64,000 nucleotides of DNA from an uncultured Acidobacteriota bacterium (GTDB lineage: Bacteria > Acidobacteriota > Thermoanaerobaculia > UBA5066 > Gp7-AA6): NCBI GenBank assembly GCA_963815865.1, contig CAWFIK010000003.1:283771-347770 (forward strand), in the 5' to 3' direction. The notes under the pieces were generated by a model. The model worked only from the letters and a program-made list of their open reading frames with translations, made no database searches and was not told where the DNA came from. This document shows, in pieces, positions 49,533-62,173 of this stretch. A program made the position numbers and the translations under genes. Position 1 is the stretch's first letter, and each line of letters starts with the position of its first letter.

Positions 49533-52500
49533 TCAACCGAGGACGACTTCGATCGTGTGGGTCTTGCCGTCGGAGGCGAGGGGGATCGCGGCGACGGAGC
49601 AGGCCTCGCCGTCGAGCGTGACGCGCGCGATGCCGCGGGTGACGCCGTGGGGGTTCTGGACGGAGAGCTGGTACTGCGCGGAGTGGTAGCGGAAGGAGAT
49701 CTTGTATCCGCGCCACGCCCTCGGAATGCACGGGTCGAGGTGGAGCGTCGTGCCGCGCAGGCGGAAGCCGAGGATCCACTCCATGCCCGCGCGGTACATC
49801 CAGCCGGCCGAGCCCGTGTACCAGGTCCATCCCCCGCGTCCGACGTGGGGGTTCTCGGTGTAGATGTCGGCGGCCGCGACATACGGCTCGACCTTGTAGC
49901 GGTGGAGTCCCGCGCGCGTCGAGGCGTGGTTGATCGGGTTCAGGATCGCGAAGAGCTCGCCCGCCTTGTCCCCTTCGTCGAGCTCGGCGAACGCGATGAC
50001 CGACCAGATCGCGCCGTGCGTGTACTGCCCGCCGTTCTCGCGCACTCCGGGGAGGTAGCCCTTGATGTAGCCCGGATCGAGCGGCGTCTTGTCGAACGGG
50101 GGAGTGAAGAGGAGCACGAGCCCGTCGCCGCGCCGCACGAGGTATTCCTCGACGGCGGCCATCGCGCGGCGGCGCCGCTCGTGGTCGCCGGCTCCGGAAA
50201 GGACGGCCCACGACTGCGCGATCGAGTCGATCCGGCACTCCGCGTTCTGCGCCGAGCCGAGCGGCGTCCCGTCGTCGAAATACGCGCGCCGGTACCAGTC
50301 TCCGTCCCAGGCGTCCCGCTCGACCGCCATCTTCAGCGCGTCCACGTGCGCGCGCCAGCGGTCCGCGCGCTCGACGTCGCCGCGCTCCCGCGCGAGGCGG
50401 GCGAACTCCCACAGGTTCGTGTGGAGGAACCAGGCGAGCCAGACGCTCTCCCCCTTCCCCTCGAGACCGACGCGGTTCATTCCGTCGTTCCAGTCCCCGG
50501 TGCCGATGAGCGGCAGGCCGTGCGCCCCGACCTCGAGGCTGCGGTCGAGCGCGCGGGCGCAATGCTCGTAGAGCGTCGCGCTCTCGGCGGAGACCTCGGG
50601 CGCGAAGAACCGCTCGAGCTCCTCGGGCTTGAGAGGCTCGCCGCGCACGAACGGCACGCGGTCGTCGAGCACGCTCGCGTCGCCGGTGACCTCGATGTAG
50701 TGCGTGACGGCGTAGGGGAGCCAGATCCGGTCGTCGGACATCCGCGTGCGGACACCTCCTCCGGACGGAGAGTGCCACCAGTGCTGCACGTCCCCCTCCT
50801 CGAACTGGCGCGAGGCGGCGCGCAGCAGGTGCCCCCGCGTGACTTCGCGGCGGGCCGCGGTCAGCGCCATGACGTCCTGGAGCTGATCGCGGAAACCGTA
50901 GGCGCCGGAGGCCTGGTAGAACGCGGTGCGCCCCCAGACCCGGCAGGAAAGGGTCTGGTAGAGAAGCCACCGGTTGAGGAGGATGTCCATCGAGCGGTCG
51001 GGCGTCTCGATCCGCACGGCGCCGAGCGTGTCGTCCCACATCCGGCGCACGGAGGCGAGGCACGCGCCGAGGTCTTCCTTGCGATAGCGCGCGATGAGAC
51101 TGCGCGCGTCGGCCTCGTTGTCCCCCTGGCCGAGGAGGAACACGACGTGCGCCTTCTCGCCGGGAGCGAGGCGCAGCGTGGTCTGCAGCGCGGCGCACGG
51201 ATCGAGCCCCGCGCCCGCCTTTCCCGAGAGCTTCCCCTCGAGGGAGAGCGCGGCGGGGGCGTCGAGGGTCCCGTTGCGGCCGAGGAACTCGGAGCGGTCC
51301 GCCGTCCACGCCGTCGGGTCCGGGGTCATGTCTGCAAAGGCCACACGCCCGGCGAACTGCTCGTTCCACGGGTTCAGCGCGAAGAGCGCCCCGCTCTCCG
51401 CGTCCCGCTGCGTGATGAGAAACGGCGCCGCGGCGCCGCGCTGAGTGCCGAGCACCCACTCGGCGTAGGCGGTGACGGAGAGATCCCGGTGCGAGCGGGA
51501 GCGGTTCTCGACGGAGAGAAACGAGATCTTGACCGGGTCCTCGAGCGGCACGAACTGCGTCAGGTCGAGCCGGATGCCGCGGCTCTCGTGCTCGAAGCGG
51601 CTGTACCCCTGCCCGTGCCGCGCCACGTAGGGCCACGCGTCGCGAGCGGGGAGGGGCGTCGCTCCCCAGATCTCGCCGGTCTCCTCGTCGCGGACGAGGA
51701 TCGCCTCGCCGGGCGGGTCGCTGACGGGGTCGTTGGACCAGGGCGTCAACTGGTTCTGCTGGCTGTTGACCGCCCAGGTGCAGCCGGAGCCGGACTCGGA
51801 CACGAAGAATCCGAACGCGGGGTTGGCGATGACGTTGATCCAGGGGGCCGGGGTCCACTGCCGCTCCCCCAGGATCGTGACGTACTCGCGCCCGTCGTCT
51901 CCGAATCCGCCGAGGCCGTTGAAGAACTCCAGCTCCAGCTGCGGCGCGGGAACGTCCCCCGTCGGCGCGCTCGGAGGCGAGGGGCGGGGAGGCCGGGCCG
52001 CCGGCTCGCGGCGAAGCAGGCGGACGATCTGCTCGGCGAGCGTGCCGTGCCGCGACAGCAGGACCACGCGCGCCGCGGAGCGGAGCAGATCGTGGTCATC
52101 GGTCGAGACGAGGTCGCGGCGCAGGAGGAAAATCCCTCCGACCGGCGGCGCCCCGTCCGCGGAATCGGCCTGGCGGCGCGAGCGCACGAGCGCCTCGAGC
52201 GCCTGCCGCAGGTCCTCGCCGTAGGAGGTCGCCTGCTCGTTGACGATCACCAGGTCCACGGCGAGCCCCTTCGTGCGCCAGTACTCGTGGGCGCGCAGAA
52301 GCTGGCGGACGATGTCCTGGTCGTCCGGATCGTCGATCCGCAAAAGCACGATCGGCAGGTCGCCGGAGATCCCGTGGGGCCAGAGCGCCGAGGGACCCTT
52401 GCGGTTGCGCAGGAGGACGTGCGCGGGGGCGCGCAGCGTCGGATCGGAATAGAGGATCCGCGTCGCGACTCTCTGGAAGAGGTGCGCCTCGTCGGCGGTA

Positions 52501-55500
52501 ATGCCGAGGTGCCGCAGCTGCACCTGGGCCTGCGTCCAGGCGACATTGGCCGTGCGCTCGAACGCCGCCGGCTCGCGGTACTTGTCGGCCAGCTCCACGG
52601 CCTTCTCGCGCGAATCCGCGGCGAGGGTCGCGAAGTGGATGCGCGCCGTCGCGCCGGCCGGCAGCCGCACGCGGCGCCGCAGGCTCATGATCGGATCGAG
52701 CACGGAGCCGACGGTGTTGGAGAGGGGGCGACCGTCCTCGATCGAGCCGGCGTTGCGGATGCCGCGGCCGCGCCCGAGGAACCGCGCGCGGTCCGTCTCG
52801 AATTGCACCGCTCCCACCGTCTCTCCCTCGACCGCCGCCACATGCGCGATCCAGATCGGCTTCTCGTCCGGCTCGCGCGGCCGGCGCGTGGCGAGGATCG
52901 CCTCGAGGTGGGGCACGAACTGCGTCTGGACGAAGAGGTTCGAGAAGGCGGGATGCGCCCGGTCCGCAGCGGAGGGCGCGAGCGCCAGCTCCGCGTAGGA
53001 GGTGATCTCGATCTCGCGCGGCCGCGTCCCGAGGTTCGTGACGGAGACCTGCCGGATCTCCGCGTCGTCTTCCGCGGAGACCACGATGTGCGTCGTCGTC
53101 GTCAGGGACGCGTCCCGTCTCCGGATCTCGACGTGGTCCTCGGAATAGAAGACCTCATACGCGCTCGCCTCCGCGCCGGCGGGCTGGTAGCCGGCCGACC
53201 AGACGCGCCCGGCGTCCACGTCGCGCAGGAAGACGTACGTTCCCCAGCAGTCGCGCGTGACGTCTTCCCGCCAGCGCGTCACGTCCCGGCCGCGCCAGCG
53301 GGAATAGCCGGAGCCCGCGGCCGTGATCATGACCGAATAGCGTCCGTTGGAGAGCAGGTGCGCGCGCGGCGTCGGGTCGTGCGGGGAGCGGAAGCGCCTC
53401 AGCACCGGCGGCACGAAGTCGCGCACGTGCAGATGGGTCGAAACCTCGTCGGCCCGCGGGCGCGCGACGGAGACCGTCGATGGGGTCCGCTCCTGCAGGA
53501 GCAGCTCCGTCGCCTGCACGGCCGGCTCGGCGTGGAAGCGTGTCCTCATCGCTCCGCGAGTGAGGACGTTGCCGAGGGCCACGACCGTCATCCCCTGGTG
53601 GTGCGCCATGACGGCGTGCACGATCGCGCCCTTCTCTCCCTCGCGCAATCTCAGGGCCGTGTAGTCCACGGCCTCGTAGAACCCGTACCGGCCGAGGGCG
53701 CCCGCCGCCGCGAGGCGCTCGAAGTTGCGGACGGCGGCGGCGGCGTCCACCATCGCCGCGAGGGCCGTCGCATACGGCGCGACGACGAGGTCCTCCGAGA
53801 GGCCGCGCTTCAGGCCCAGGCCGCTGACGCCGAAGTTGGAGTACTGATAGGTGAAGTGCAGGTCCTGGGCGTTGAAGGCCGACTCCGAGATGCCCCACGG
53901 CACGCCGCGCTCCTCGCCGTAGGTGATCTGCCTCTGCACGATGAGCCGGTTGGTCTGGTCGAGGAGGCTTCCGGCCGGCGCCTTCATGACGAGATCCGGC
54001 ATCAGGTACTCGAACATCGAGCCGGACCAGGAGATGAGCGCCGAGCCCTTTCCGATCGGGGTCAGCGAGCGGCCGAGGCGGAACCAGTGGGACACGGGAA
54101 CGTCTCCGCGCGCGATCGCGATGAAGCTCGCCAGGCGCGCCTCCGAGGCGAGCAGGTCGTAGTACCCCGGGTCCAGCCGGCCGTCGGACAGGTTGAAGCC
54201 GATCGAGAAGAGCTTGCGCTCGGGGTCGAAGAGGAACGTGAAGTCCATCTCTTCGATGAGGCCCGTGGCCAGGCGGGACAGCTCCGTCAGGCGCCGGGTC
54301 AGGGCCGCGACGCGGCCGGCGCAGTGCCGCAGCTCCCGAACGAGCGTGGCGGCGGCCGCGCCTCCCTCGGCGCCGATCTTCTCGATTTCCCCGGCGGCCG
54401 CCTCATAGGCGTCGGGAAGCGCCTCGAGGGGCGCCTCTTCTCCGTTCAACTCCTCGAGCGTCCGGGAGGCGGCGGCGGGGAGCTCCGAGGAGCGCGGCGA
54501 GCCGCCGGGCAGGAAGCGGGTCCAGCACTGCGTCTCCTCGAAGTCGCGGGCATGGCTCGCGACCGCGAGGGCGACTGCCTGGGCCCATTCGAGCGCCTCC
54601 GCGAAGCGCGCGTCCGGCCGGTCCTGGGCGAGCGCCCGGACTGTATCCAGGACGGTCTCGGCCCTCTGCGAGAGCTGCGAGAGGCGCCGGCCCCACTGTG
54701 CCGCGGAGACGGGCTCCGGCCCGAGGCACGCTTCGAGCGCGTCGAGCGACGTCTCCAGCTGCCGGCGCGTCACGGCTCCCTCTTCCCCCGGGGCGAGGTC
54801 CGCGGCGGTCTCGCGCAGGAGCGCGAAGGCGTCGCCGATCCCCCCGAGCGCGCCGGCGAAAGTGATGGGGTTCCCGATCTGCTCGAGGCACGCCTGTTTG
54901 ACGACGATGAGGTCTCCGGCCAGGTTGCCGCTGTCCACCGTCGAGACATACCGCGGATCGAGAGGCTTCAGGCTCCGCGTGTCATACCAATTGTAGAGGT
55001 GGCCCCTGTACCGCTCGAGCCGCCCGACCGTTCTGAGGGTCTCCTCGAGGCGGTCGACCATCTCCTCCGTCCCGATCCAGCCGAGGTCGTTCGCGGTGAT
55101 CGTCGAAAGGAGAAGAAGGCCGATGTTCGTCGGCGAGGTACGGTGCGCCACGACCGGCTGGGGAAGCTGCTGGAAGTTGTCGGGCGGAAGCGCGTTCTCC
55201 TCCGTCCGGGCGAATACGTCGAAGAACCTCCAGGTCCGCCGCGCGATCGAGCGCAGGAACCTCGTGTCGGCGGCCGGCAGCGGTTTCTCCTCCTCGTCGC
55301 GGGGGGGGAGGCTTGCCCAGCGGGCCACGGCCGGAGAGGCGACCCAGGCCGCGAGGAAGAGGCCCGCCTGGGCGAAGGAGCCCGGCCGCAGAAGCGCGAC
55401 GGCGAGCGCGGCCGCGACCGCCAGGAGCGGAGCGGAGCTCATGCGCTGGTAGAACCCGGAGAGCGCGAGGTCGAGGTGGCGCCGCGCCTGTCGGGCGGGG

Positions 55501-58289
55501 ACCCATTCGAGCAGGCGACGCCGCGTGATCCAGAGCCGCGCAAGCGTCCTCGCGCCGGCGTCGGCCATGAGCCAGGCCTGATGCGCGAGGAGCACGATCC
55601 GCAGCGCTCCCTGGGCGAACGACAGCGCCAGCTCGGCGCCGAGGCGTCCCACGTAGCTTCTCTTGGCGATCCCGCGGCGCGGCGGGATCAGCAGCCCGGT
55701 GAAGAACGCCAGAAGCCCCGGGATCAGGATCGTGGCGACGACGAACCCGGTCCAGATGTCGGGTCTTCCGCCGGGCAGCGTCCAGCTCGCGACGAGCGTC
55801 GCCAACGCGGCCGGCGGGAAGAGGCTGCGGCGGAGGTTGTCGAGCATCTTCCAGCGGCCGATCGCGGAAATCGGGTTGCGGACCCTCCGGCCCGCCGCGT
55901 CCGGCACCTTGCCGAAGATCCAGGGGAGCAGCTGCCAGTCGCCCCGCGCCCAGCGGTGCTTGCGAATGGCCGCGGCCTCGTAGTGCGCCGGGTAACCCTC
56001 GAAGAGCTCGATGTCGGCGACGAGGCCTGCGCGCGCGAAAAGGCCCTCGAAGAGGTCGTGGGAGAGGAGCGCGTTTTCCGGAATGCGGCCGGCAAGCGCG
56101 CGCTCGAACGCGTCCACGTCGTAGATCCCCTTGCCCGTGTAGATCCCTTCGCCGAAGAGATCCTGGTACAGATCGGACGCGGCGAACGCGTAGGGGTCGG
56201 TGCCGCGCGGCCCGGAGAACACCTGCTGGAAGATCGTGCCGGAGCCGGTCTCCGGGAGCGTCGGGGTCACACGCGGCTGGAGCACCGCGTGCCCCCCGGC
56301 GACGCACCCGGTCTCCAGGTCGAAGACCGGCTGGTTCAGCGGATGGGCCATCGTGCCGATCAGGCCCCGGGCGGCTTCCCGCGGCAGGCGCGTGTCTTCG
56401 TCGAGGGTGATCACGTAGCGCACGTCGGCAGGGACGGAGGCCACGCTCGGGGCGAGCGGAAGGAACGTCGTGTCCTTCGCACCGCGCAGGAGCCGGTTCA
56501 ACTCGTGGAGCTTTCCCCGTTTCCTCTCCCAGCCGATCCATTCCCCTTCCTTCTCGTTCCAGGAGCGCCGGCGGTGGAGAAGCAGAAACCGCTCGCCTCC
56601 GCCGGGAGCGGGTCCGTGGCGCGCGTTGAGCTGCGCGATGCCGGCGGCCGCGGCCGCGACGAGCTCTTCGTCCCCGTCCGCGCTCTCGGCCGGCGCGTCG
56701 GTCCAGTCCGAGAGGAGAGCGAACCGCAGGTCCCCCTCGCTGTTGGCGAGGTAGTGAACCTCGAGGCGCTCGATCTGCTGGGCGATGTCGCTCTCGCTCG
56801 CGAGGAGCGTCGGGACCACGACGAGCGTCCGGAGCTCGCCCGGAACTCCGCTCTTCAGCTCGAGCTTCGGCAGGCGCCGCGGCCGGACGATCCGCGCGAC
56901 GTCGCGGTTGACGACCGCGATCGCGAGGTCGGAGGCGGGGACGAGCGCGAGCAGGGCGATCAGGATCAACGGAAGGAGGGGCTCCCCCGCGAACGCCGCG
57001 ATCACGACCGGGCAGCTGACGATCACCGCGGTCAGGAACACGACCGTCCCGATGTAGCCGCCGGTCGCGTGGCGCAGCCAGGCGCGCTTCAACCAGTGCC
57101 GCAGGGGAACGCGGTAGGCGAGCTCCTTCTCGAAACTCTCCCGCCCCTGCGCGATCAGGAAGAAGCCCGGGTCCGCGAGTCGGGACTCGCTCGCTGATCT
57201 CAGCGGGGGACCCTGCGGTCCCCCGAACCCCCTGCCGGCAAGGCCAGCGGCCGCCTTCGCCGCCCGGCTCGCCGCGCGCCGCGCGACCTCGACCTCGGAG
57301 AAGCGGCTCCCCCGGGCGAGCTCCTCGACGGCGCGCCGGTACTGGTCGCGCGTCGGGAAGTCCATCTCGGCCACGCGCGTCCCCTCGCGCAGCGCTTCCT
57401 CGACGAGGCTGACGCTCTCGAAGAACTCGGCCCAGTCCACCGAGGAGAGCAGCCGCATGCTCGTGATGACGTTGCGCACGGTGACGTGCGTCGCGACCTG
57501 CTCCTGCTGTTCCTGCCGCACGATCTCTTCGGCCGAGACTCCCTGGGCGGCGAGCCGCTCCGCAAGCCAGGAGATGGCGGGCGTGACATGGGGGTCCTGC
57601 TCGCGCAGCCGCTCGATGAGCCGGACGGCGAACGGGCCGGAGAGCGGCCGCTCCTCCAGCGCGCGCAGGATCGGGCGCGCGTCCGGGGGCGGCTGTCCCT
57701 CGACGCCCAGGAGCGTGTCGCTGATCGCGTCGGCTTCCTCGCGGCCGCTGCGCCGCTCGACGATGCGCACCGCGAGGCGCCGCAGGTTCTCGACGAGGAC
57801 GACTCTCAGGGAGATCGCGATCGCCCAGAGCTCTCCGATTGTCAGGAGCCGGGAGCGCTGGTACGCGCGCACGAACCGGCGCAGCGTCTCCGGGTCGAAA
57901 TGGCTGTCGGTGTGCTCGACGAAGGCCCAGGCCAGCGCGTAGACGCGCGGGTATCCCTCGAGCGGGCCGCGGGAGAGTTTCGGCAGCTCGCGGTAGAAGC
58001 CGGGGGGGAGATCTTCGCGGATCTCCCGCAGCTGGTCCTCCACGATGTGGAAGTTGTCCACGAGCCATTCGGCCGCGGGAGAGATCGTCCGCTCCTCGCG
58101 GATCGCGCTCGCGATCGAGCGGTACGAGGAGAGCAGGACGCGCCCGTTTTCCTGCAGCCTCGGCAGGAGCGGGCGACCCCGGCGCTGGCCGGGGAAAACC
58201 GCGTGCTCGGCCGCCAATCCCTCCGCGAACTGTTCGAGGCGCTCGGTCGAGAAGAGCTCGCCGCGGATGGGCTCAGCGGCCGTCGGCAT
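49533..58289 (-). CDS. ndvB: Cyclic beta-1,2-glucan synthase (GT84 + GH94 cellobiose-phosphorylase-like domains)
   Basis: A single uninterrupted 2918-aa ORF with an N-terminal TM-containing glycosyltransferase region and a C-terminal GH94-like region (…[19 protein letters not shown]…). The size and domain order match NdvB/ChvB/Cgs. Confidence 0.9.
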   Translation of the reverse strand: MPTAAEPIRGELFSTERLEQFAEGLAAEHAVFPGQRRGRPLLPRLQENGRVLLSSYRSIASAIREERTISPAAEWLVDNFHIVEDQLREIREDLPPGFYRELPKLSRGPLEGYPRVYALAWAFVEHTDSHFDPETLRRFVRAYQRSRLLTIGELWAIAISLRVVLVENLRRLAVRIVERRSGREEADAISDTLLGVEGQPPPDARPILRALEERPLSGPFAVRLIERLREQDPHVTPAISWLAERLAAQGVSAEEIVRQEQQEQVATHVTVRNVITSMRLLSSVDWAEFFESVSLVEEALREGTRVAEMDFPTRDQYRRAVEELARGSRFSEVEVARRAASRAAKAAAGLAGRGFGGPQGPPLRSASESRLADPGFFLIAQGRESFEKELAYRVPLRHWLKRAWLRHATGGYIGTVVFLTAVIVSCPVVIAAFAGEPLLPLILIALLALVPASDLAIAVVNRDVARIVRPRRLPKLELKSGVPGELRTLVVVPTLLASESDIAQQIERLEVHYLANSEGDLRFALLSDWTDAPAESADGDEELVAAAAAGIAQLNARHGPAPGGGERFLLLHRRRSWNEKEGEWIGWERKRGKLHELNRLLRGAKDTTFLPLAPSVASVPADVRYVITLDEDTRLPREAARGLIGTMAHPLNQPVFDLETGCVAGGHAVLQPRVTPTLPETGSGTIFQQVFSGPRGTDPYAFAASDLYQDLFGEGIYTGKGIYDVDAFERALAGRIPENALLSHDLFEGLFARAGLVADIELFEGYPAHYEAAAIRKHRWARGDWQLLPWIFGKVPDAAGRRVRNPISAIGRWKMLDNLRRSLFPPAALATLVASWTLPGGRPDIWTGFVVATILIPGLLAFFTGLLIPPRRGIAKRSYVGRLGAELALSFAQGALRIVLLAHQAWLMADAGARTLARLWITRRRLLEWVPARQARRHLDLALSGFYQRMSSAPLLAVAAALAVALLRPGSFAQAGLFLAAWVASPAVARWASLPPRDEEEKPLPAADTRFLRSIARRTWRFFDVFARTEENALPPDNFQQLPQPVVAHRTSPTNIGLLLLSTITANDLGWIGTEEMVDRLEETLRTVGRLERYRGHLYNWYDTRSLKPLDPRYVSTVDSGNLAGDLIVVKQACLEQIGNPITFAGALGGIGDAFALLRETAADLAPGEEGAVTRRQLETSLDALEACLGPEPVSAAQWGRRLSQLSQRAETVLDTVRALAQDRPDARFAEALEWAQAVALAVASHARDFEETQCWTRFLPGGSPRSSELPAAASRTLEELNGEEAPLEALPDAYEAAAGEIEKIGAEGGAAAATLVRELRHCAGRVAALTRRLTELSRLATGLIEEMDFTFLFDPERKLFSIGFNLSDGRLDPGYYDLLASEARLASFIAIARGDVPVSHWFRLGRSLTPIGKGSALISWSGSMFEYLMPDLVMKAPAGSLLDQTNRLIVQRQITYGEERGVPWGISESAFNAQDLHFTYQYSNFGVSGLGLKRGLSEDLVVAPYATALAAMVDAAAAVRNFERLAAAGALGRYGFYEAVDYTALRLREGEKGAIVHAVMAHHQGMTVVALGNVLTRGAMRTRFHAEPAVQATELLLQERTPSTVSVARPRADEVSTHLHVRDFVPPVLRRFRSPHDPTPRAHLLSNGRYSVMITAAGSGYSRWRGRDVTRWREDVTRDCWGTYVFLRDVDAGRVWSAGYQPAGAEASAYEVFYSEDHVEIRRRDASLTTTTHIVVSAEDDAEIRQVSVTNLGTRPREIEITSYAELALAPSAADRAHPAFSNLFVQTQFVPHLEAILATRRPREPDEKPIWIAHVAAVEGETVGAVQFETDRARFLGRGRGIRNAGSIEDGRPLSNTVGSVLDPIMSLRRRVRLPAGATARIHFATLAADSREKAVELADKYREPAAFERTANVAWTQAQVQLRHLGITADEAHLFQRVATRILYSDPTLRAPAHVLLRNRKGPSALWPHGISGDLPIVLLRIDDPDDQDIVRQLLRAHEYWRTKGLAVDLVIVNEQATSYGEDLRQALEALVRSRRQADSADGAPPVGGIFLLRRDLVSTDDHDLLRSAARVVLLSRHGTLAEQIVRLLRREPAARPPRPSPPSAPTGDVPAPQLELEFFNGLGGFGDDGREYVTILGERQWTPAPWINVIANPAFGFFVSESGSGCTWAVNSQQNQLTPWSNDPVSDPPGEAILVRDEETGEIWGATPLPARDAWPYVARHGQGYSRFEHESRGIRLDLTQFVPLEDPVKISFLSVENRSRSHRDLSVTAYAEWVLGTQRGAAAPFLITQRDAESGALFALNPWNEQFAGRVAFADMTPDPTAWTADRSEFLGRNGTLDAPAALSLEGKLSGKAGAGLDPCAALQTTLRLAPGEKAHVVFLLGQGDNEADARSLIARYRKEDLGACLASVRRMWDDTLGAVRIETPDRSMDILLNRWLLYQTLSCRVWGRTAFYQASGAYGFRDQLQDVMALTAARREVTRGHLLRAASRQFEEGDVQHWWHSPSGGGVRTRMSDDRIWLPYAVTHYIEVTGDASVLDDRVPFVRGEPLKPEELERFFAPEVSAESATLYEHCARALDRSLEVGAHGLPLIGTGDWNDGMNRVGLEGKGESVWLAWFLHTNLWEFARLARERGDVERADRWRAHVDALKMAVERDAWDGDWYRRAYFDDGTPLGSAQNAECRIDSIAQSWAVLSGAGDHERRRRAMAAVEEYLVRRGDGLVLLFTPPFDKTPLDPGYIKGYLPGVRENGGQYTHGAIWSVIAFAELDEGDKAGELFAILNPINHASTRAGLHRYKVEPYVAAADIYTENPHVGRGGWTWYTGSAGWMYRAGMEWILGFRLRGTTLHLDPCIPRAWRGYKISFRYHSAQYQLSVQNPHGVTRGIARVTLDGEACSVAAIPLASDGKTHTIEVVLG

Positions 58290-58463
58290 TCCGGTTCCCC
58301 TCGCCGCCGGCGGCGAAGGGCCGCGGCCGAACCGATCCGCCGGGCGAGCAGAGCCTCCGCCTGCTGAGGACGAAGTCGTTTGAGAAATTCATCCGCAGAG
58401 CAACGAGGCAGCAGAAACCGTGCCAGTCCATGACGGCACGCGGAGGCGCGCGGCGCGACCGCG

Positions 58464-58870
58464 CTACTTCTTCAATCGGGCCCGAACGATCGGCGCCGAA
58501 GCCGCGGCGAGAGCGGCGAGGAGCGCGGCGACGAACTGCGTCCGGCGCTTCGTGTCCATTCCTTCCCACTCTTTCGCCAGGCGCGCGATCGTCTTCTTCG
58601 ACGCCGCGCCCGCGCCCGGAAGGCCTTCCCGGCAGCGTCCGTGCCCTGCCCGGACAGAGTCTTCAGCCCCTTTCCGGCGGCGGCCGCTTTGGCCGACCAT
58701 CCGTCCAGTAATGCCGACAGGTTCTTCGCCGTCGCGCGGGCCCGGCCCGTCGCTTTCTTGCGCCGCGCCGGCGCCTTGCGCGAAGGGGCCTTGCGCCGGG
58801 CCGGCGCCTTGCGGCGTTTTTGAGCCGCTGCCGGTGCCGGATTCTCAGCGGGAGTCTCGGTCTCTACCAC
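58464..58870 (-). CDS. Lys/Ala-rich histone H1-like (AlgP/Hc1-type) small basic protein; probable internal frameshift
   Basis: N-terminal frame MVETETPAENPAPAAAQKRRKAPARRKAPSRKAPARRKKATGRARATAKNLSALLDGWSAKAAAAGKGLKTL. A protein-like C-terminal continuation, ASKKTIARLAKEWEGMDTKRRTQFVAALLAALAAASAPIVRARLKK*, lies in the +1 frame. The frames meet in a cgggcgcgggcgcgg stretch. Confidence 0.3.
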
Positions 58871-58968
58871 GGTTCACCTCCAGTTGTTTCGCTCACAGCA
58901 AGATGCAAGCCGATGAGGGTCATCGAATTCGTCATCGGCCGCTCTCGTAGATGCGCGCCGCAGCTCCG

Positions 58969-60739
58969 TCATTTCTCACCGGCCGCCGTGAAAACCGGAG
59001 CGATGTCGACCGGCACATCGCCCAGATGAGCGATCGTGGCCTTGATCTCCGGCGTCATCCTCCCGTAGCGCTCGAGCAGCAGGCGCGCGCGCGGGAGGTC
59101 TCCGGTCGCTTCGATCTCCAGCAGCTCCGTGGCGAGCGAGCGGACCGCTTCGCGGACCTTCTCCATTCGCACGCGGAAACGGCCGCTCGAGGAGGGCTCG
59201 ATCGCCCGCTTCTCCCGGTACCAGTTCCACTGCACCGCCGTGCCGCCGCCGTGCGCCTCCTCCAGCCCGAAGCGCATCGAGCGGAACATCAGGCCGGCAT
59301 CGGTCGCGAAGAGCGCCGCTTCATCGAACCCCTTCATCCACTTCCGGTCCATGCCATAGAGGATGTTCCAGATGCCGAGCACGTCGGCCTTGCATTCCTC
59401 GATCGTCGAGTGGAGGTTCTTGAGCAGGAGCCGCGCCTCCACCTTCTTCCCGTCGGGTCCCATGATGATGCCCGGTCCGAGGCCGTGCGACATCTCGTGG
59501 AAGAGGGTGTGATTGAAATATGCGTCGAAGGAGAGGAGTCCCGCCTGCGCCGGATCGAGGACGCGCTGCGCGATCGGCAGACCGCTCGACCGGAACTTCG
59601 CCTCCATCACGTTCTTGAGCAGGACCTTCTTGGAGCCTTTCGCCTGCCGCACGCGCTCGTCGTTGGGGAGGTTGAACGCGGAGGTCTGGACGGCGATGCG
59701 CGAGTCGCCCGCCGTCATGGCCTCCTGCACCACCCGGATGGGAGATTCGAACTTGCGCGAGAAGTTCTTCTGCTCCTCGCGGATGGGCAGGTTCTTCTCC
59801 ATGTCCTGCAGGTGAGCGGCATAGACGGCGAGCTTCGCGCTCTCGGCCTTGTCGCGCACCGTGACGAACGCCTCGAAGGCGGCCTTGTAGTTGAAGAGAG
59901 CGTCCTCGTACACTTCGTAGGGTCCCAGAATCACCTCGATGTCGGAGTCAAGGTCAATCCACGCGAGGTCGGAGGCGTAGTAGTCGTCGGAGAGGACCGC
60001 ACCGGCCAGGAGCGTCAGATACTTCTTCAGGGACGCGTTTGCCGTCAGGCCGGCCGCGTCGCGCAGGATCTTCGCGAGGCGGGTCAGCTCCGGACCGTAG
60101 TACTTCGAGTACGGGATCGCGACGAGCCGCTTGCCGTCGCGGCGGATCACGGTGAAGAGACCCAGGAACTTCGCCTTGTCTTCCGGATGGGCCTTCAGCC
60201 AGCCCTCGAACTCCTCCTTCGTGAGGTCGGCCGGATAGAAGGCCGCCCCGGGCGGCTTGCCGCGCGAGCCGATGAACGGCTCGTTTCCCTTGAGCCTGTC
60301 CCACGGCCCCTGGTTGATGGTGAAGTAACGGAGAGCGTCGTTGGCATCCGGCCGGCTGCCGGCGGCCCGCTGGAGCGACGCCCGCAGCGACGGGTTCTCC
60401 TCGGACACCTGCCGCAGATAGATCTCGTCGATCACGCGCAAGGCTTCGAGCAGCTTGTTGAGAGCCCGTTTCTCCGGCTCGCTCAGAAGGGAATGGTCAT
60501 AGTCGAGCTTCGTGGCGGGGAGCTGCCGCAACCGTCCCGCGATATCGGGTGCGAACGCGAGCGTTTCCCCCGTCGCGGACGCCGCGGGGGCCGGGGACGG
60601 TTTCTTCTCGATCACCGGCTCGGTCGAAAACGCCGGGCCCGCAACCGCGCTCGCGATGAGAGCCAGCGCAACAACGCGAAGGAGGAGAGCGGCGCCGCGC
60701 ACAGGCTCGAATCTAACACCCCTTCGGCATCGTATTAGC
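58969..60739 (-). CDS. Secreted zinc metallopeptidase, DPP III (M49)-like
   Basis: Signal peptide MLIRCRRGVRFEPVRGAALLLRVVALALIASAVAG. HEMSHGLG (HExxH) followed 33 aa later by EECKADVLG, resembling the M49 HExxGH/EECRAE pair. The start may be further upstream at 60828. Confidence 0.55.
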
Positions 60740-62068
60740 ATGAAGTCGCCGATGATGACGTTCGATCGCCGGGCTTTTGTGGAATGGTTCGACAGGAACC
60801 GCAGGCGCTCGCGGGAGTTGTTCGACACTGTCGTTCCCGAGGCCTACGAAGCGCGCCCGATCCCTTTGCGCAATCCGATCTGTTTCTACGAGGGGCATCT
60901 GCCGGCGTTCAACGTGAACACGCTGGTCAAGAGGGGACTCCGGGAGCGCGGAATCGATGCCGGCTACGAGGTCCTGTTCGAGCGCGGTATCGACCCGGAA
61001 GACGAGTCGGCGGTCGGCCGCGCCCCGTTCCGCTGGCCGTCTCGAGAGCAGATCCAGTCGTACGGAGATCGCGCCGACCGGGCGATCCGGGAGGCGTTGC
61101 TCGAAAAGGACGTCCTCCGCGACGACCAACCTGTGCTCCGCGGCGGCCTTGCCGTGTACACGGTGCTCGAGCACGAGCCGATGCACCAGGAGACGCTGCG
61201 TTACATGTGGCACCGCCTTCCGTTCGACAGGAAGATCCGTCCCGCCTCCGAGCCGCCGTTGCTGGCCGGCAACGGTTCGCCGCCGCCGAGAACCGTCCGG
61301 GTCCCGGCCGGCGTGGCGACGCTCGGCGCCGCGCGCGATCGTGTGCCCTTCGGCTGGGACAACGAATTTCCCGAGCACCGCGTCGAAGTCGCCGGTTTCG
61401 AGATCGACGTCTTCAACGTCACAAATGGCGAGTTCCTGAAGTTCGTCGAGGCGGGGGGGTACGGCAAGCGCGAGCTCTGGGACGAGGAGGGATGGGAGTG
61501 GCGTTCGCGAGGCGGCGTCGAGCACCCGACTTTCTGGGAGCGCGCGGATGGAACCTGGTCCTGGCGCGGAATGTACGAGGCAATTCCGCTCCCCGCGGCC
61601 TGGCCCGTATACGTCTCGCACGCGGAGGCGGAGGCCTACGCCCGCTGGAAGGGGAAACGTCTGCCGACCGAAGCGGAGTTTCACCGCGCCGCCTACGGGA
61701 CGCCGGGCGGCGAGGAGCTCTCCTATCCGTGGGGGGAAGAGCCGCCCGACGAGACCCGGGGGAATTTCGACTTCCGCCGCTCCGACCCGGTGCCGGTCGG
61801 CTCGTTTCCTGCGGGCGCGAGCGCGTGGGGAGTCCTCGACCTCGTCGGCAATGGCTGGGAATGGACTTCGACGGTGTTCAGCGGTTTTCCCGGATTCGAG
61901 CCGATGGCCTCCTACCCCGTCTATTCCACGGACTTCTTCGACGGAAAACACTGGGTCATGAAGGGCGCGTCCCCGGCCACCGCGAAAGAGCTGCTGCGGA
62001 GAAGCTTTCGGAATTGGTTCCGCGGGAACTATCCGTATGTGTATGCGGGGTTCCGGTGTGCCAAGTGA
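60739..62068 (+). CDS. egtB: Ergothioneine biosynthesis sulfoxide synthase (DinB_2 + FGE-sulfatase domains)
   Basis: MKSPMMTFDRRAFVEWFDRNRRRSRELF...FYEGHLPAF...HEPMHQETL (DinB-like iron-binding), then the FGE domain VTNGEFLKFV...VSHAEAEAYARWKGKRLPTEAEF...GNGWEWT. The ATG shares CATG with the divergent peptidase start. Confidence 0.85.
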
Positions 62069-62173
62069 TCGGGTGATCGGAAGATCGGGTGATCGGGTGA
62101 TCGACCGAAGCCTGAGCGCGTCTGCCCCATTTCAATCACCCGATCACCAATCACCCGATCACCAGATTGGCGA
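62065..62173. repeat. Octamer array (GTGATCGG)x5 at 62065-62104 and an inverted, degenerate copy (CGATCACC/AATCACCC)x4 at 62143-62173, about 38 nt apart. A potential long imperfect hairpin spanning the egtB stop and egtD start.
   Basis: Directly visible. Each unit contains GATC. The second array is the reverse complement of the first. Confidence 0.9.

Noticed and set aside
58464-58700. 78-aa ORF containing a twin-arginine-like signal (MDTKRRTQFVAALLAALAAASAP) as an independent small secreted peptide
   Set aside because: It has only 8 residues after the putative signal before the stop. It is better explained as the frameshifted C-terminus of the upstream Lys/Ala-rich gene.
60741-60828. Upstream extension of the M49-like peptidase ORF to the Met at 60828
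   Set aside because: It would overlap the egtB coding region in antisense by about 90 nt and would place 30 non-signal-like residues before the signal peptide. The start at 60739 is preferred, though not certain.
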